A stretch of 64,000 bases of DNA from Dendrobates tinctorius. Its lineage: Eukaryota. Below, piece after piece: positions 1 to 14,929 of this stretch (the stretch's first letter is position 1; the number at the start of each line of letters is the position of its first letter). The DNA lies in contig NW_027361784.1 of assembly GCF_039654945.1 (NCBI RefSeq), positions 13,454,001 to 13,518,000 on the forward strand. Direction: 5' to 3'. The notes beneath the pieces are model-generated. The model was not told the origin of the DNA. It searched no databases and was given only the letters and a program-made list of their open reading frames with translations. The translations under genes were made by a program, and so were the position numbers.

Positions 1-476
1 TCAGACAGGGTTTCCCCTAGTAAAGGGACACCACAGGGGCCCCGGGTCTTTCAGCCTTAGTTGAACTTAGCCCCCGTGACAAGAAGCAGTTTTTCTGTCT
101 TCTTCCCTGCCTAACGCTCTCCCTACAGAATCAGCAGCAACCTCTCCCTATGCTATGATCGGCAGAAGTAAGATGGCGGTCGGCGTGCACGCCCTTTTAT
201 ACCCCCTGTGACGCCCACCAAAGCAAGCCAATCACTTGCATGCCCTTCTGAAAGATGGTGGTGACCCGTGCCTATGTGATCACGTTGCCCACAGTGTCCG
301 TGGATCCTGATTGGCTGAAAAAGAGCGCAAAACAAACTTTTGAAACGCGACTTTGGCGCGTAAGTCGCCGACCTCGTGGCCGACCTTATCCTAGGGTTGG
401 GTTTCGTTTCATGAAACCCGACTTTGCCAAAAGTCGGCGACTTTTGAATTTTTTCGACCCGTTTCACTCAACTCTA
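1..476. mobile_element. Probable LTR end (..cccccgtgaca at ~81) followed by the right part of a non-autonomous DNA transposon with TAGAGTTGAG-type terminus
   Basis: Ends ...gacccgtttcactcaactcta at 476. Degenerate versions of this terminus (gctcatctcta) recur at ~1310, ~15885, ~35890 and ~37325. Confidence 0.55.
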
Positions 477-1676
477 TTTATTAGGATTGTTTGTTTATTA
501 TATTTTTAGGCACTTTAGCACTGATCACTTTCTATCACCTTAAGGCACTTTTTATGCCCCATTTGGTCACTGCTGCTCTAATACTATGGACTATTGATAG
601 CAATATAAATTTCCTTATATTGGTGATATTTTATATTTTATTTTTATGATATATAATTCTTTTGTGTACAAGCACTTTTTTATGTAGACTACTACTTACC
701 GCCATTATTAACGTTATTTTAACCTTTTTCTTAGTATGTCTGATTTTATAATTTATTATTTCTAGTCCAAGTTCAGGTTTTCTTTTTGTTTTCAGTCTTT
801 CTGAATGGTTGGCCATTCAGTCTGACACATCATTGAATTTTGGCTGAATAAATAATATTTTATTATTACTATATTTTATTATAACCATTTTAATTCATTG
901 GTGTGTTTTATGTTTTAAAGGCAAAAACCTAGTACAGCTGCTTGTGACTAGTAAGCATTCACACTGTCTCTGACACTGATTTCCGATTTTTAGTTTAGTA
1001 AAAATATTGTGCTGGCTTGCTTCTTCTTTATAGTGCATAAATAATGAAGAAAAATATGTTTAGTAGTAATTCAAATGCATCATGACACATAGCAGTTACA
1101 CCATATCACTGATTCAATCATACAGTGTCTGTATCTCCTATTGCTATCTTTCTCTGGCTCATGCAATCTTCTGGTTTGTACAAGATAGCGGTGAACATTT
1201 TTTTGCAAATCATACTAATTAAATTGCAAATTATTCAAATACGCTGGGACCTTCAAATTTCATAAAATTTGAATTTAATTTAATTTGCATCAAATCAATT
1301 TGCTCATCTCAATCTAACAGCGGCTTCAGTCAGCTCTCCCTATTCCAATTTCAAATGTGTAAAGAAAGTGGATTAATTTTTTCTATGTTTATCCCAAAAA
1401 AGGCTGCCATAGTGATTTTTAACAAGTTTGACATGGATACTTCTAAATTCTATAACCCACATTTTTATTTTTTGCAGTGATTTGTTCTAGTTGTCATTTT
1501 CTCTGTAGTCGTGATGTCTCTTCTGCAGCCTTTTAAAGAAGGCCAGGGAAGCTGCAGAGAGGCAGTGGAATTCAGAAGAGTTAAAAACAGCTCAATTTGT
1601 CTTTTTCTATGTCAGCCTTTGAGGAACTACATGTTTATCAAGGAAAACTGATTTAAATGCATATAGGTAAATTTTA

Positions 1677-1829
<153 letters not shown>

Positions 1830-3015
1830 TTAAAGTAAGAGTGTTTGTTAAATATCATGCATCTTTTCTGTAGATTTTAAAGTAGAATAAAATCATGCAT
1901 TAGTATTTTCTTGATACAAATAATACATAATATATTATGGTAATTCTAGATTTGTGAATTTCTAATCAAAACTAAAATTTCAACTAAACAGTAAAAAATG
2001 CTTTCCTAAGTTCTAAATATGATCTGATTTGCTGTGTACCAAAGGTTTCATTAAGAAGATATACCTATTAGTAGTAAATGTTTATTGGTATTTAAAAAAA
2101 AAAAATTGCCTATAACTTATTAGGGAATTTTGGGGGATCCTTTATTCGGGATCATAATTTCTTGGCAGGAATAGAAAGTGGTTGCAAAGAATAATTGTCA
2201 CTCTGGACATCTTCTACCGCCCTACATTATACAGGCATTTTGTTGCTGTAACTGGGTTCTGTGAAATGCTTAATTTCCTCTCTAGTGGTGTATCATGAAA
2301 CGTGAACAACTCCTAGGTATTGAACCTAATGAAGGTGAAGGATCGGTTGGTTTGTATGCCCAGACACTCTGATCCTCTTGCGTGTGGGCTGTGAAGTTAT
2401 TCTTGTCATTGTTCAGACCAGCCAATAAAATACAGTGCCTGTCCCTTGACATAGAGAATTCTTAACTTAAGTAATCCCAGTTTAAAATTATGTTATGTGT
2501 GATTGTGGAACAACTTTTTTAAGTGCATAATATCTTGGATGATTTAAAGACTAGGCCAAATAAAAATGAAGGTGTTGATTAATTCAAAAGTTTTTACTAG
2601 AATTATGGCATTCAAATTTGAAATTTCTCAGAATTCCAACTTCGTAAACTTGTTAAAAGTAGTTGGATTAGGTGTGGCTGAGAACCGCCAGCAAATATAT
2701 ATTAATTTATGCTAATAAATTTGATAGTTCTAGAGCATGGCAGCAAAAAAATGCTCTTAATTCATTAAATGGAGCATCTTACTTCAGTGCACTCTTCCTC
2801 ATGACTGGCGTACTAAACATAAGTCTTCAAGAATCAATATTTCTAATTTTTTCATGCCGTATTTGTTCATGATTTCAATGAAACTTTCATAATAAGTCAA
2901 CTAAAATAACAATATTAAATTACAACTAACCTTAAAAGAACAGAGGAAATAATATAATACAGTAATTTACCATTCATTTTTAAAAAAGCAATCTCCAAAA
3001 TGGAATATAAACTTA

Positions 3016-3198
<183 letters not shown>

Positions 3199-4690
3199 CT
3201 AAAATTATTGAATAGTAATAATCATAATATGATACTTGCTGAGAATAAAACAGTGGTTTAGCACAACACATGAATTGTTGTTTTTATTCTGACCTACATT
3301 TTGTGTTACAGAATCTCAAGTTCCTTCATTTCTGTTGTGCTTCTCTTGTGAAATATAAAATCTAAATAATGACTAGAGGCAGCAAAATGAGGTGGCAGCA
3401 TGTGGTCAAAGCTCCACTTACTTATTCCTCAGTGGATTGTTAATACTCTTTAATGTGAAATTATATTGTAGTCTCAAGAAAAAAAAAAGTTTTTGCACAT
3501 TTTTACTGCATCACCGGTAAATAAAACAAGGCACAATACATTGCTGACCCCATTTATTTACTGAGGGCACTGTTTTACATAGGGCACAAATATAATAATA
3601 AAAGCTACTGAAATGTTTTCAGTCACTGACATTAACGTAACTACCTTTACAAAAAAGTCAGATAGTCAAGCATTGAGACCTAGTTGGACACCAATTGCAA
3701 CAAGTGAAAAAAAAGAATGGAGCTGGTGTAGGTGCCTAAGGAAATGAATGAAGGAACATTGGGGATTGTTGTGTAGGAAATCCTGATTTAGCCTGAACAC
3801 TGGTCCAAGGATGCAATGTAGTGAAGGAACAGACACCAGAAAGGATGCATTTAGGGTGGCTGAAGAAGGTAAGTGAACAGAAAGTGGTTAAAATAAAAAT
3901 AAAATAAAAAAACCCTCACCACTCACCTTTCAGCCACTCACATTCCTGCCTGCCCACTGTACAATCCTTCTTTGCAATAAATCTATCGGGTATTCACTCA
4001 GAGCTAACACATCTGGACTCGAGTTAGACAAAAGAGTGGGCAAGGAGCAGCAGGGGTAGCCAGAGAGGTGAGTAGTGAGGTGAGCATAGTTTTTTCTTTT
4101 TAACCTATGTCAGTCCTATACTGATAAGCAAGATTGAGTCTGTAGCCATCTGCCATTTTGCTGAATTTGCAAAAAGCAAATAAAAAATCTTTTATGTCCA
4201 GAATGTGGATTTTTGTACAATTCAAGTAAAATTCAATCCCACTTGAATAAATTCACCAATCTTTAATTAATAGCATACTGAAACACAAATTTAAGTATTC
4301 CATGTCAACAATTTTATTTCAGATTTAAATCACAGAATAACAAAAAAGTATCATTTACTGCGCAATGTTTTTAGGAGTTTTGATATACGTAGCTAGTTGA
4401 AATGGTCAATTTTATGTTTTTAAACATAGCGCTATACCTGAAAGAATGAATGATACACAAGTAAAATATATTGCACTATGAATTTTAGGAATTTTAGCAA
4501 TATTACAAAAGTCATGTTTAATTTTAGCCTCACTTCAAGGCTCTGTGGGGAATTTAATAAACAGTTTTTAATACCTGCTTTAATATAAAATAAAATGCTG
4601 AAAGCAATGCATTTAAAATAATTCTGTTAGAAATCCTTCTACTTAACCTATGCTTAGTTGTTTAGAATCACAATTTTACATTCATCTATA

Positions 4691-6391
4691 CAGTGGCATG
4701 TAAAAGTTTGGGCACCACTGGTCAAAAATTACTGTTATTGTGAACAGATAAGCAAGCTGAAGATGAAATGATCTCTAAAAGGGCTAAAGTTAAATATAAC
4801 ACATTTCCTTTGAACTTTAGGCAAAAACAAAAATATTTTGTATATTTTTACATTTTAAAATTTACAAAAAGGAAAATGGGCCAATGCAAAAATTTGTGTT
4901 CCTTTCGAGATTTTTGGGCTAAAATAACTTTGACCAAGGTAGACCTTAATTAGCCTGGTAGGGTTATGGATAGAGATGGGCGGACCCCTGGATGTTCGGG
5001 TCCAGCGGGTTTGGTTGAAAAGTTTTAAAAAATATGAGTTTAGGTACCAGAACAATACTCGGACCTGAAACCACAACCTGAGGCTGCGTTACCAGCAGGG
5101 CTGAACTGCGGTGACCATCCTCCGGTGAGAGATGATACTGCAGTGAACTCAGCTCTCCCTGGAGGGAGGTCAGCGCAGCTCAACCCAGCTGGCAACACAG
5201 CCTCAGTGACTGAAGGTAACCTTGAAGATGTCACTGCTAGTCACTGATGCTGCAGATATGGATTACTACATGGGACAGAACGTTGGACAAGTGAAGGATG
5301 TGGTTGTTTTTTATTTTTGCTTTCTTACAGGAGATGAGGGATTCAATGGAATGGGAATTAGGTGAGTAGAAGCGTGTTTGTTATTTTTGAATAAAAAATT
5401 TTTGCATAAAAAAAGGAAAAGCATGTCTTGTTTTCATTTCAAATAAAAGACTATCCTTGCTGTGTCTCTATTTACAAAACAACTGTAGGATTAGTAAAAG
5501 ATAGGTGTCTTAAAGACAAAACAAAGGTGACATCAACTGCACAAATATGAACCCCATTTGCCACAGCTACAGGGCAAGTGGGAAGAGCTGGGCATCTAAT
5601 AGATGTGCCTTTTCTGGGCAGGTGTGGGCTTCTATTTTTAGGCTGGGGTCAATATCTATGGCCCCTTCCCAGTCTGAGAATACCAGCCACCAGCTGTCTT
5701 CTTTAGCAAGGCTGGTTGTCAAAAATGGGGGGACCTCAAACCATTTTTTTAAATTATTTACTTATTTAGATCACAGGCTGATGAATACTCCCATCAGCCG
5801 CCACCTGCTCTCACTGTTATTAGCAGCAGCAGGCGACAGCTTACAGGAGCAGCAGTCCCATCAGCTGACACCAGTGGCTGGAGGAAACTTTATACCTCCA
5901 AACACACCTGGTGTTCGGGGGCCTAATCCGAACAGTAACACAGACTTCCTGATGAAGCCCATGTTCTATGCCCATAACTGAACAGTAGGTGATGCAAATT
6001 TACCAGCTTTATGAAAACTCAGCCTATAACCTTGTGCCAAAAGCAGCAGCCATGGGTTCTTCTAAGCAGCTGACTAGCACTCTGAAAATGAAAATGGTGG
6101 AGGCCCATGGAGCTTCCACGGAGGCCCACTGAGCAGGAGAAGGCTATAAGAAGATAGCAAAGGAACAATGGCGGTCAAAATAAAGTCTAGAAGACCAAAG
6201 TAAATTTCAATAAGAGCTGCTTGTAAGATTAAAATATAAGATATGAAAAATATATATTTTTTACCTAAATACCAATGAAATGTGTCATGTTTAACTTTAG
6301 CTTTTTTAGAGATTACTTCATCTTCAACTTGCTTAACTGCTCACAATAACAGTAATTTTGACTAGGGTGCCTAAACTTTTACATGCCACTG
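4691..6391 (+). mobile_element. Internally deleted Tc1/mariner element
   Basis: TA-CAGTGGCATGTAAAAGTTTGGGCACC...GGTGCCTAAACTTTTACATGCCACTG-TA long inverted ends. Transposase N-terminal remnant (KMKMVEAH..AGEGYKKIAK) at ~6085-6165. Confidence 0.88.
4971..5980. mobile_element. Non-autonomous DNA element nested in the Tc1 (TAGAGATGGGCGGA-type terminus)
   Basis: Starts tagagatgggcggacccctggatgttcggg and ends in a degenerate inverted copy near 5960-5980. Interrupts the Tc1 5' region. Interior is homologous to 25300-26100. Confidence 0.65.
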
Positions 6392-8017
6392 TATATGATT
6401 TTAAAAATATAAATGTAAATTTGAAAAGAATGAGTATATGTTCATCCTTGCTCTGCACTGATCATTGTGATCAGTGCAAATCAGGAGAGGAAGGCTACTG
6501 GAATCAGAATACAGGCTGATTTAATATCAACTGCTCAGCTCATGCAGCTTCCTTTCAAGTCTTGCTCAGGATCTGAAAGATGTGGCAATGTATAGTGCAT
6601 ATGTGTCTGTGTGTGTGTTTAAATGTGCAGATCTCATTTTGTATAATATGTTCTTCTGAATAAACCCATAAGAAGATATTTTACTTCCAGCACTTTAACA
6701 AGTAATGGGAGGATGAGGTGGTTAGTTCACACTGCCGATATGGATGTTAAGAAACCAGAAAACAACAATATGGATACATGCATTTTACTCTTAACGTATT
6801 TCAAAGTATATCCAACTGCATCCTCAAGAAAACCACAGTATTGCTTTTTAGTGGTTTCTTGGAATCCACATCGGCGGCTCAGATTACCGCTTTCATCCTC
6901 CTACCACTAGTTTATTACAACGGATTTCCTACTATGTAGGTGGTGCAGCAGCTGATCCATCTGAAATCCTTTATTGTGGATCAATACAACCTCGATAGGT
7001 GAGCAGTTCCCTCTTTCACCTAACATTATTTTCTGCCATCGGATAAGAACCTATTGTAACTTGGTGTCCATTCGATTTTCACTTCTATCACTTAATAACA
7101 CATACCAATTTTATCACTGAGAGCAGATCCAGATGACTGAAGGTTTCTTTATATTTCTATGTTGATGTATTTTGCACTAAGTTCAGTAAATACATATTGG
7201 AAAATTTGGACCTATATTTTCCCTTGAATCTCTAGCTGAAATCTTAGATATAACTGAGTGTTTCTGGCATGGAATTGCAGTACCAATTTCTACCAATCCA
7301 CGGGAATATTCTGTGTGTGCCTATATGTGCAGGTAGCAGAGCTGTGTGCGTATGTGTATGTACATATGTACCAGAGCTGTGTGTATAAAACGCACTGCAA
7401 ATAGACACTATGAATAGATTTATTACCTCACTATTCTACCCTAGTACAATAAAATTAGTGATAATGACCCCTCCAGTTTAAACTACCAAGAAAGTTAGAA
7501 TTAATAGGAATTTTTTTTTCCTATTTCTTGCTGTCCAGACCTAGGGTGCATACTATATAAGGCAAGGTGTGTCTTATAGTATGAAAACTGGCAGTTATTT
7601 TTTTAGTTTCTTATTTTCTTTATCAAAATTCAAACCCCCTTCCGAAAAAGATGTAACAAGAAATATTAGGTAAGCAGGTACTCCTGCATTATAATATTAC
7701 ATTGGCTGCAAGTGTATGGGTGTAACATTTCATTAATAAAAAAGCACGCAAAAAAGACATTTTTGACACACACTTTGTGATGTACAAAGTGCATTACAGT
7801 CAAGTGTGACAAGCGAAAACATTGCCTCTAGTATCTCTCCTATCTCTCTCTCCTATTTGCAAATTAATCTCTGTATAGTTTGCAAACCACCAAACTCATC
7901 TTTTTCAGTTCTTCTGTTCTAAAACAAACTACTGTGCTGGGCATTTGTCCACAATATTTGGCTTATTCTTCCTGACTCCATTGCTGAGTTGTGAGAACTG
8001 ATGTTTTCTCACTATCC

Positions 8018-10341
8018 TTAACCCCTTATCGACCACCGATATGGCTTTTTAACGGTGGCAGTAAAGGGTATTTATGCCTCAGCGCTGCTTTTTAATGGCG
8101 CTGATAAATAAGAATATAGCACCCACCAGGATCGAAATTTCTCTGGGGTCTCGCCTACCGGGGATAGCTGAGACTCCAGAGAACATGATTTGGGTTGGTT
8201 TTTACAAACCCCAGTGTTGCGGTGGCCAATTTTCCATTTAATTTCACTCTCCTCTGATGTGATCGCACATCAGAGGAGAGAGAAATGGGGTCCCCCAATA
8301 CCTCCCTGGTGCCTTCGGTGTCCCTGCATCTCCACATGAAGTCCCCGGCGTCTTCTTCCGGGAAGAAAATGGCAGATGCATTGGCATTGCACCCACCGAG
8401 ATATGCCATCCAGCACCTGGAAACAGAAGGAAATTTTCCAATTGGTTCATTTTCATCACTGTGATAGACCCTTTCACAGTGATTAAATAAAAAATAGCAA
8501 ATTAACCCCCCTTATCACCATCTTAGTTAGTTAAAAATAGTAAAGTAAAAATAAGTATTTATTTCCATTCTTCCATTAGGGTTAGAGTTGGGCTAAAGCT
8601 CATATTGGGCTAAGATTATGGTTAGGGTTGGGCTAAAGTTAGGGTTAGGGTTGGGGCTAGTGTTGGGTTGAGACTAGGGTTTAGAGTTGGACTAAAGTTG
8701 GGATAGGGCTAGAGGTAGGGTTGGGGCTAGTGTTAGGGTTTGGCTAAAGGTAGGGTTGGAGCTAGTGTTAGGGTTGGGCTAAAGATAAAGGTTGGGGTTA
8801 GGGTTTGGTTGGGGTTAAAGTTGGGGCTAGGGTTGGGCTCGGGTTAGGGCTAGGGTTAGGGTTGGGCTAAAGTTAGGGTTTGGGCTAGGGTTAGGGTTTT
8901 GGCTATGGTTGGGATTACGGTTAGTGTTGGGATTAGAGTTAGGGGAATGTAAGGGTTAGGTTTGTATTTATGGTTATGATTAGGGTTTGGATTAGGATTA
9001 GTGGTGTGTTGGGGTTAGGGTTTTGGTTAGGGTTATGGTTAGGGTGGGGATTAAGGTTAGAAGTGTGCTGGGTTTAGGATTGGAGTTAGAATTAGGTGGT
9101 TCCATGGTTTAGGTACATCAGGGGGTCTCCAAACGTGAAATGGCACCACCATTGATTCCAGCCAATTTTGCATTCAAAATGTAAAATGGTGCTCCTTCCC
9201 TTCTGAGCCCTGCCATGCACACAAACAGTGGCTTTCCCCCAATATGGGGTGACAGCATACTCAGGACAAATTGCACAACTTTTGAGGTCTAATTTCTCAT
9301 TTTACCTTTGAGAAAATAAAAGAATGGAGGCAAAAAGATAATTTTTGTGGAAAAATATGATTTTTTATTTTCATGGCTCTACGTCATTCTTCTGTGAAGC
9401 ACTTGGGGGTTGAAAGGGCTCACCACACATCAAGATAAGTTCCTTGGGGGGTCTAGTTTCCAAAATGGGGCTACTTGTTGGGGTTTCCACTGTTTAGGCA
9501 CATCAGGGGCTCTCCAAATGTGACATGGTGTCCGATCTTAATTCCAGCCAATTCTGCATTGAAAAAGTGAAGCAGTGCTTCTTCTCTTCCAAGCTCTGCT
9601 GTGTGCCCAAACAGTGTTTTTTCTCTACACATGGGGTATCTGCATATTCTAGAGAAATTGCACATCAAATTTTGTGGTTCATTTTCTCTTTTCACACTTG
9701 TAAAAATTAAAAAATGGTTCTGAAGCAAAATGTTTGCAAAAAGTTACATGCCCATTTTTTCCTTCCACGTTGCTTCAGTTGCTGTGAAGCACATAAAAGA
9801 CTATTAAACTTCTTGAATGTGGTTTTGAGCAACTTGAGGGGTGCAGTTTTCAGATGGTTGAACTTTTGAGTATTTTCTGTCATGTAGACCCCTCAAAATG
9901 ACTTCAAATGTGATGTGGTCCAAAAAATGGTTTTGTAAATATTGTGGTAAAAATGAGAAATGGCTGGTCAACTTTTAAGCCTTATAACTTCCTAATAAAA
10001 AAAAATTCCAAAATTGTGTTGATGAAAAGTAGGCTTGTGGGAAATGCTATTTATTAAGTATTTTGTGTTTCTCTAATTTAAGGGCATAGAAAGTAAAATT
10101 TGAAAATTTCAACATTTTAAAAATGTTTGCCATATTTACATTTTTTCATAACTAAACACAAGTCATTTTAAAGAAATTTTACTACTAACATGAAGCACAG
10201 TATGTGATCAAAAAAGACTCTGAATCAGCTGGATCCGTTAAAGCGTTCTAGAGTTATAACCACATAAAATGACAGTGGTCGGAATTGTAAGAATTGGCTT
10301 GGTCACTAAGTACCAAATTGGCTCTTTCACTTATGGGTTAA
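8018..10341 (-). mobile_element. TTAA-flanked piggyBac-like non-autonomous element with telomere-like array and ~2 copies of a ~388-bp unit
   Basis: TTAA-CCCCTT ... GGG-TTAA ends. Reverse-complement homologue of 18448-23228. Confidence 0.85.
8575..9095 (+). repeat. Degenerate telomere-like (TTAGGG/TTGGGG/CTAGGG/CTAAAG) hexamer array
   Basis: Direct reading: gggttagggttggggctag... about 520 bp of variant hexamers. Confidence 0.92.
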
Positions 10342-10750
10342 TCAACTGAAAATGGCTGTTGGATTCCTTGGCTTGGCTTTATTCAGGTTCGGATCTTCTC
10401 TCCTGATTTGCGAAGCTATGCCATGTGATGTTATAGCAACAAGGCATTATTATGAAGCGCATGCAGTCAACTGGCAGTCCAACCAATTTCTTTATGAGTT
10501 TGGGGACTTTCTAACTTTACCGTGTCAGTTTTTTTCATCGACAAGGATCAGGCATGTTTCATTCCCAATCTTTCTATTGTTATTGAGAATAATCCACCAC
10601 CAGAGGTGTCTAACAGCTGTTAATGCCACTCTCCACACTGAAAGCACCAGCATACCAATTGTGCAGTATCAGTATATGTGGAGGCAAGGAGGAATTGCTG
10701 TGTGCTGAGAAAACATTTGGCACTCTGGTATTGAGGTTGTATGAACACCT

Positions 10751-13298
10751 TTAACCCCCTCATGCTGTAGCCTATTTTCATTTTTGCATTTCCGTGTTTT
10801 GTTCCTCTGCTACCCAGAGCCATAACTTTTTTATTTTTCGATCAATATGGCCAAGTGATGGCATGTTTTTTTGTGGGACGAGTTGTACTTTTTATTGACA
10901 CCATTGGCTTTACCTTATCATTCCAAGTGTAGTGAAATGCGAAAAAAAGTGCACTTCCACAGCTGTTTTTTTTTTTACCAATTTCACCAAATGCTAAAAC
11001 TGACATGCCATTATGATTCTCTAGGGGTCATTATGAGTTAGTATACACCAAACATTTATAGGTTATTTTTTTACTTAAGCGGTGAAAAAAAAAGTGTCAT
11101 TTTCGGAGAAACGTAGCGTCTCCATTTTTCATGATCTGCAGCTTATTTTTGTGTTCGGAGCTGAAGTTTTATTGATACCATTGTTGCGATGACCATAAAA
11201 GCATAATTATTGCGTTTTGATTTTTTTTCACTATGCCGTTTACCGATCGGATTAATTCTTTTTATACCTTGATAGATTGGGCAAATTCTGAATGCAGCAA
11301 TACCAAATATGTGTATTTTTTTATTGTTTTATTTTGAATGTAGAGAATGGGGGTGATTTGAACTTTTATATTTTTTTATTTTTTTAAAACTTTTTTTACT
11401 TTTCACTTGCTTCAATAGTCTCCATGGGAGACTAGAAGCTGCGATCGCTTGTGCTACACAGAGCAGGACTTCAGCCCTGCTCTATGTAGCAGAAATGCTT
11501 ACTTGCTATGAGGGCCAACCACTGGGTGGCGTTCATAGCAATCACGCAATGACACCCACAGGGGTCTGCTGCAGACTTTGGGTTGTCATGCCAACCCATT
11601 GGCAATCCTCGGTTATGTGACACGGGCACGATGGGTGGGATTAGTGACATGTTTCCAGCGCAATCTCGTTAAATGCTGTTGTCAGAGATTGTCAGCAGCA
11701 TTTAACAGGTTAATAGCCATGGGTGGATCGCGATTCCACCCGCGGCTTTTGGGGCACATGTCAGCTGTTCAAATCAGCTGACATGTGTCAGGAAAGATGT
11801 GGGATCAGTTCCAGAGCCCACATCAAAGGGAGAGACATGACATGCACTGTACATGTACAGTGCATGTTGTGAAGGGCTCTTAAAGTGAACCTGGAAATTA
11901 TATTCCAGTAAGTCTAAACTCTATTGTTGGTAAAATATTTGAAGGGTTTCTAAGGGATGTTATTCTGGATTATATCAATAAGAATAACTGTTTAACTTCA
12001 TATTAGGATGAGTTTATGAGGAAATGCTCCTGTCAAACCAATATAACCAGCTTTTATGAAGAGGTAAGCTATAGACTGGACCAAGGTGAGTCATTGGATG
12101 TGGCATATCATGATTTTTCCAAAGTGTTTGACTCCGTGCCACACGAAAGGTTGGTACAAAAAATAAGAATTTTGGGCCTGGGGGAAAATGCGTGTAAATG
12201 GGTAAGTAAATGGCTTAGTGATAGAAAGCAGAGGGTGGTTATAAGTAATATATTCTCTAACTGGGTCGCTGTGACCAGTGAGATACCACAGGTGTCGGTG
12301 TTGGGACCTATTCTCTTCAGCATGTTTATTAACGATCTGGTAGAAGGTTTAAACAGTAAAATATCAATATTTGCAGATGATACAAAACTATGTAAAGCAG
12401 TCAATACAAGAGAAGATAGAATTCTACAGATGGATCTGGATAAGTTGGAAACTTGGGCCGAAAGGTGGAAGATGTGGTTTAACACTGATAAATGTAAGGT
12501 GTTGCACATGGGAAGAAGGAATCAATATCACCATTACACACTGAGTGGGAAATCACTGTGTAAATCTGACATTGATGGACTTGGGGAACCTAGTTAATGA
12601 TAAACTTACCTGGAGCAACCAGTGCCAGGCAGCGGCTGCCAAGGCAAACAGGAATATGGGGTTCATTAAAAGAGGTCTGGATACACATGATGAGAGCATT
12701 ATACTGCCTCTGTACAAATCCCTGACTAGGCCGCACATGGAGTACTGTGTACAGTTTTGGGCTCCGGTGCTCTGGAAGGATAAAATTGAACTAGAGTGAT
12801 TACAAAGGAGGGCAACAAAATTAATAAAGGGGATGAGGGAACTACAATACCCAGAGAGATTAACAAAATTAGGATTATTTAGTAAAGAAAAAAGAGTACT
12901 GAGAGGCGATCAAATAACCATAAGTATATAAGGGGACATTAAAAATATCTCTCCGAGAATCTGTTTATACCAAGGAAGGTGACGGTCACAAGGGGGCATT
13001 CTCTACATCTGGAGGAGAGAAGGTTTCTCCACCAACATAGAAGAGGATTCTTTACTGTTAGGACAGTGAGAATCTGGAATTCCTTGCCTGAGGAGGTGGT
13101 GATGGTGAACACAGCCAAGGGGTTCAAGAGAGGCCTGGATGTCTTCCTGGAGAATAAGAATATTGTATCTTATAGTGATTAGGTTCTTTAGAAGGACGTA
13201 GATCTGGGGATTTATTCTGATGGAATATAGGCTGAACTGGATGAACAAATGTCTTTTTTTGGCCTTGCTAACTATGTATGTTACTATGAAGAGGTTAA
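10751..13298 (+). mobile_element. TTAA piggyBac-like MITE (second family), right TIR split by a CR1
   Basis: Starts TTAACCCCCTCATG. The body ends ...gttgtgaaggg at 11876 and resumes tgaagaggTTAA at 13287-13298. Homologous to 30032-32130 and, inverted, to 34272-35547. Confidence 0.82.
11877..13286 (+). mobile_element. 5'-truncated CR1 LINE (reverse transcriptase pseudogene)
   Basis: ORF fragments with DFSKVFDSVPH, PQVSVLGP, FADDTKL, RPHMEYCVQFWAP, FFTVRTVRIWNSLP. Frameshifted. Short-repeat 3' tail ctatgtatgttactatg. Confidence 0.93.
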
Positions 13299-14537
13299 AA
13301 ATATAAGATGTAAATTAACTTTTCCTGCTCTTATTTTCAAAGATTGTTCTTATCCATGAAAATTTGTGTTCTACAATCAACGCACCTGCATATATTCACA
13401 TGGTCATAGACTTCCCATAAGACAGATAATTTTGAAATATAATTCTGAGTATGGCTTTGGTAATATTCCCACCACTTGCACTAAACTGCAAGATGTTATT
13501 ATTTCCATAACATGTAGGATGGGAAATTGCAGCATGATCAATTACTGCTCAGGGAATTCCAGTTTAATGGTAGCACATTAAAAAAATAGCCGAAGAGTCT
13601 TCCGAGGTTTAATCTATTTGGCTGGACGGATGTTCTAAACTGACTGTGGAATTAATGTAATTGGCTGCCATGGTTACTGTAGTTTTAGTTTCCTACCTCA
13701 GAAGGAGATCAAGGGTTCACATTTACTTGCAAAGCAATATACAAAATACAAAAAATGCCAAAATAATGGATAAATTAGAAGCTATACATTAAGTTTCTAA
13801 TAATGTCTGAAGCCCTGTTGTGTAAAATGACAGATACGATGGCAGAATCTTAAAGGACTGTATTTTAGTAAATGGCGTAAATTGGACTCCATTGGTCTCA
13901 ACATGTGATGATCCTGGCACAATTTTTACTTTTATTAATCTGTTCCTATTACTTAACAGAAGATTGATTAAAATGGTGAAGTACCACTTGACATTCTCAT
14001 TATATGTACCATTGCCAAACTTAGAGATGGGCAGCCATGCAGAAGCATGAAGCAAATTTGTTCTCCCTGGTCAACAAACCTTCACAGATTTCCTGGGAAA
14101 AGACTGTCATGAATCTTAATATCGAAAGTATAGCTTTTCTATGTAGATATTGTGGAGGTGTTATTTGATAATTATTTGTTGTCATTATTTCAGCACTATA
14201 TGATTATATGTACCTTTACAATATGGGAGGAGATACCGCTAACATTTTTACTCATGGTCATAGTCAGCGCTTAATAGTGGGAAAGATGAAATGAAGGATC
14301 CACAAAGTTTCAGTTCTGACAATGAGCCTTTTTTATGTACGTTTTTCAAATGCGATGATCCTTTTTCACAATTGAGCCAAAATATTTTTTACATGGGCTT
14401 GGAATAAATTCAATCTTTTCCTTTTTCAAAATGGGAGTGCTGCCATTCTTTATTGCTTGTACTTTATAGTCCAGTGGCCGGGACTGTCTAGTTTCCACCA
14501 GCTTTTTTGATGGGTGCTGATTTAGTCTCCTTTTTCT

Positions 14538-14929
<392 letters not shown>

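Noticed and set aside
8575-9095. Relic of a chromosome-end fusion
   Set aside because: The array is degenerate and sits at a fixed position inside a TTAA-flanked element, mirrored in a second copy. There is no head-to-head TTAGGG/CCCTAA junction.
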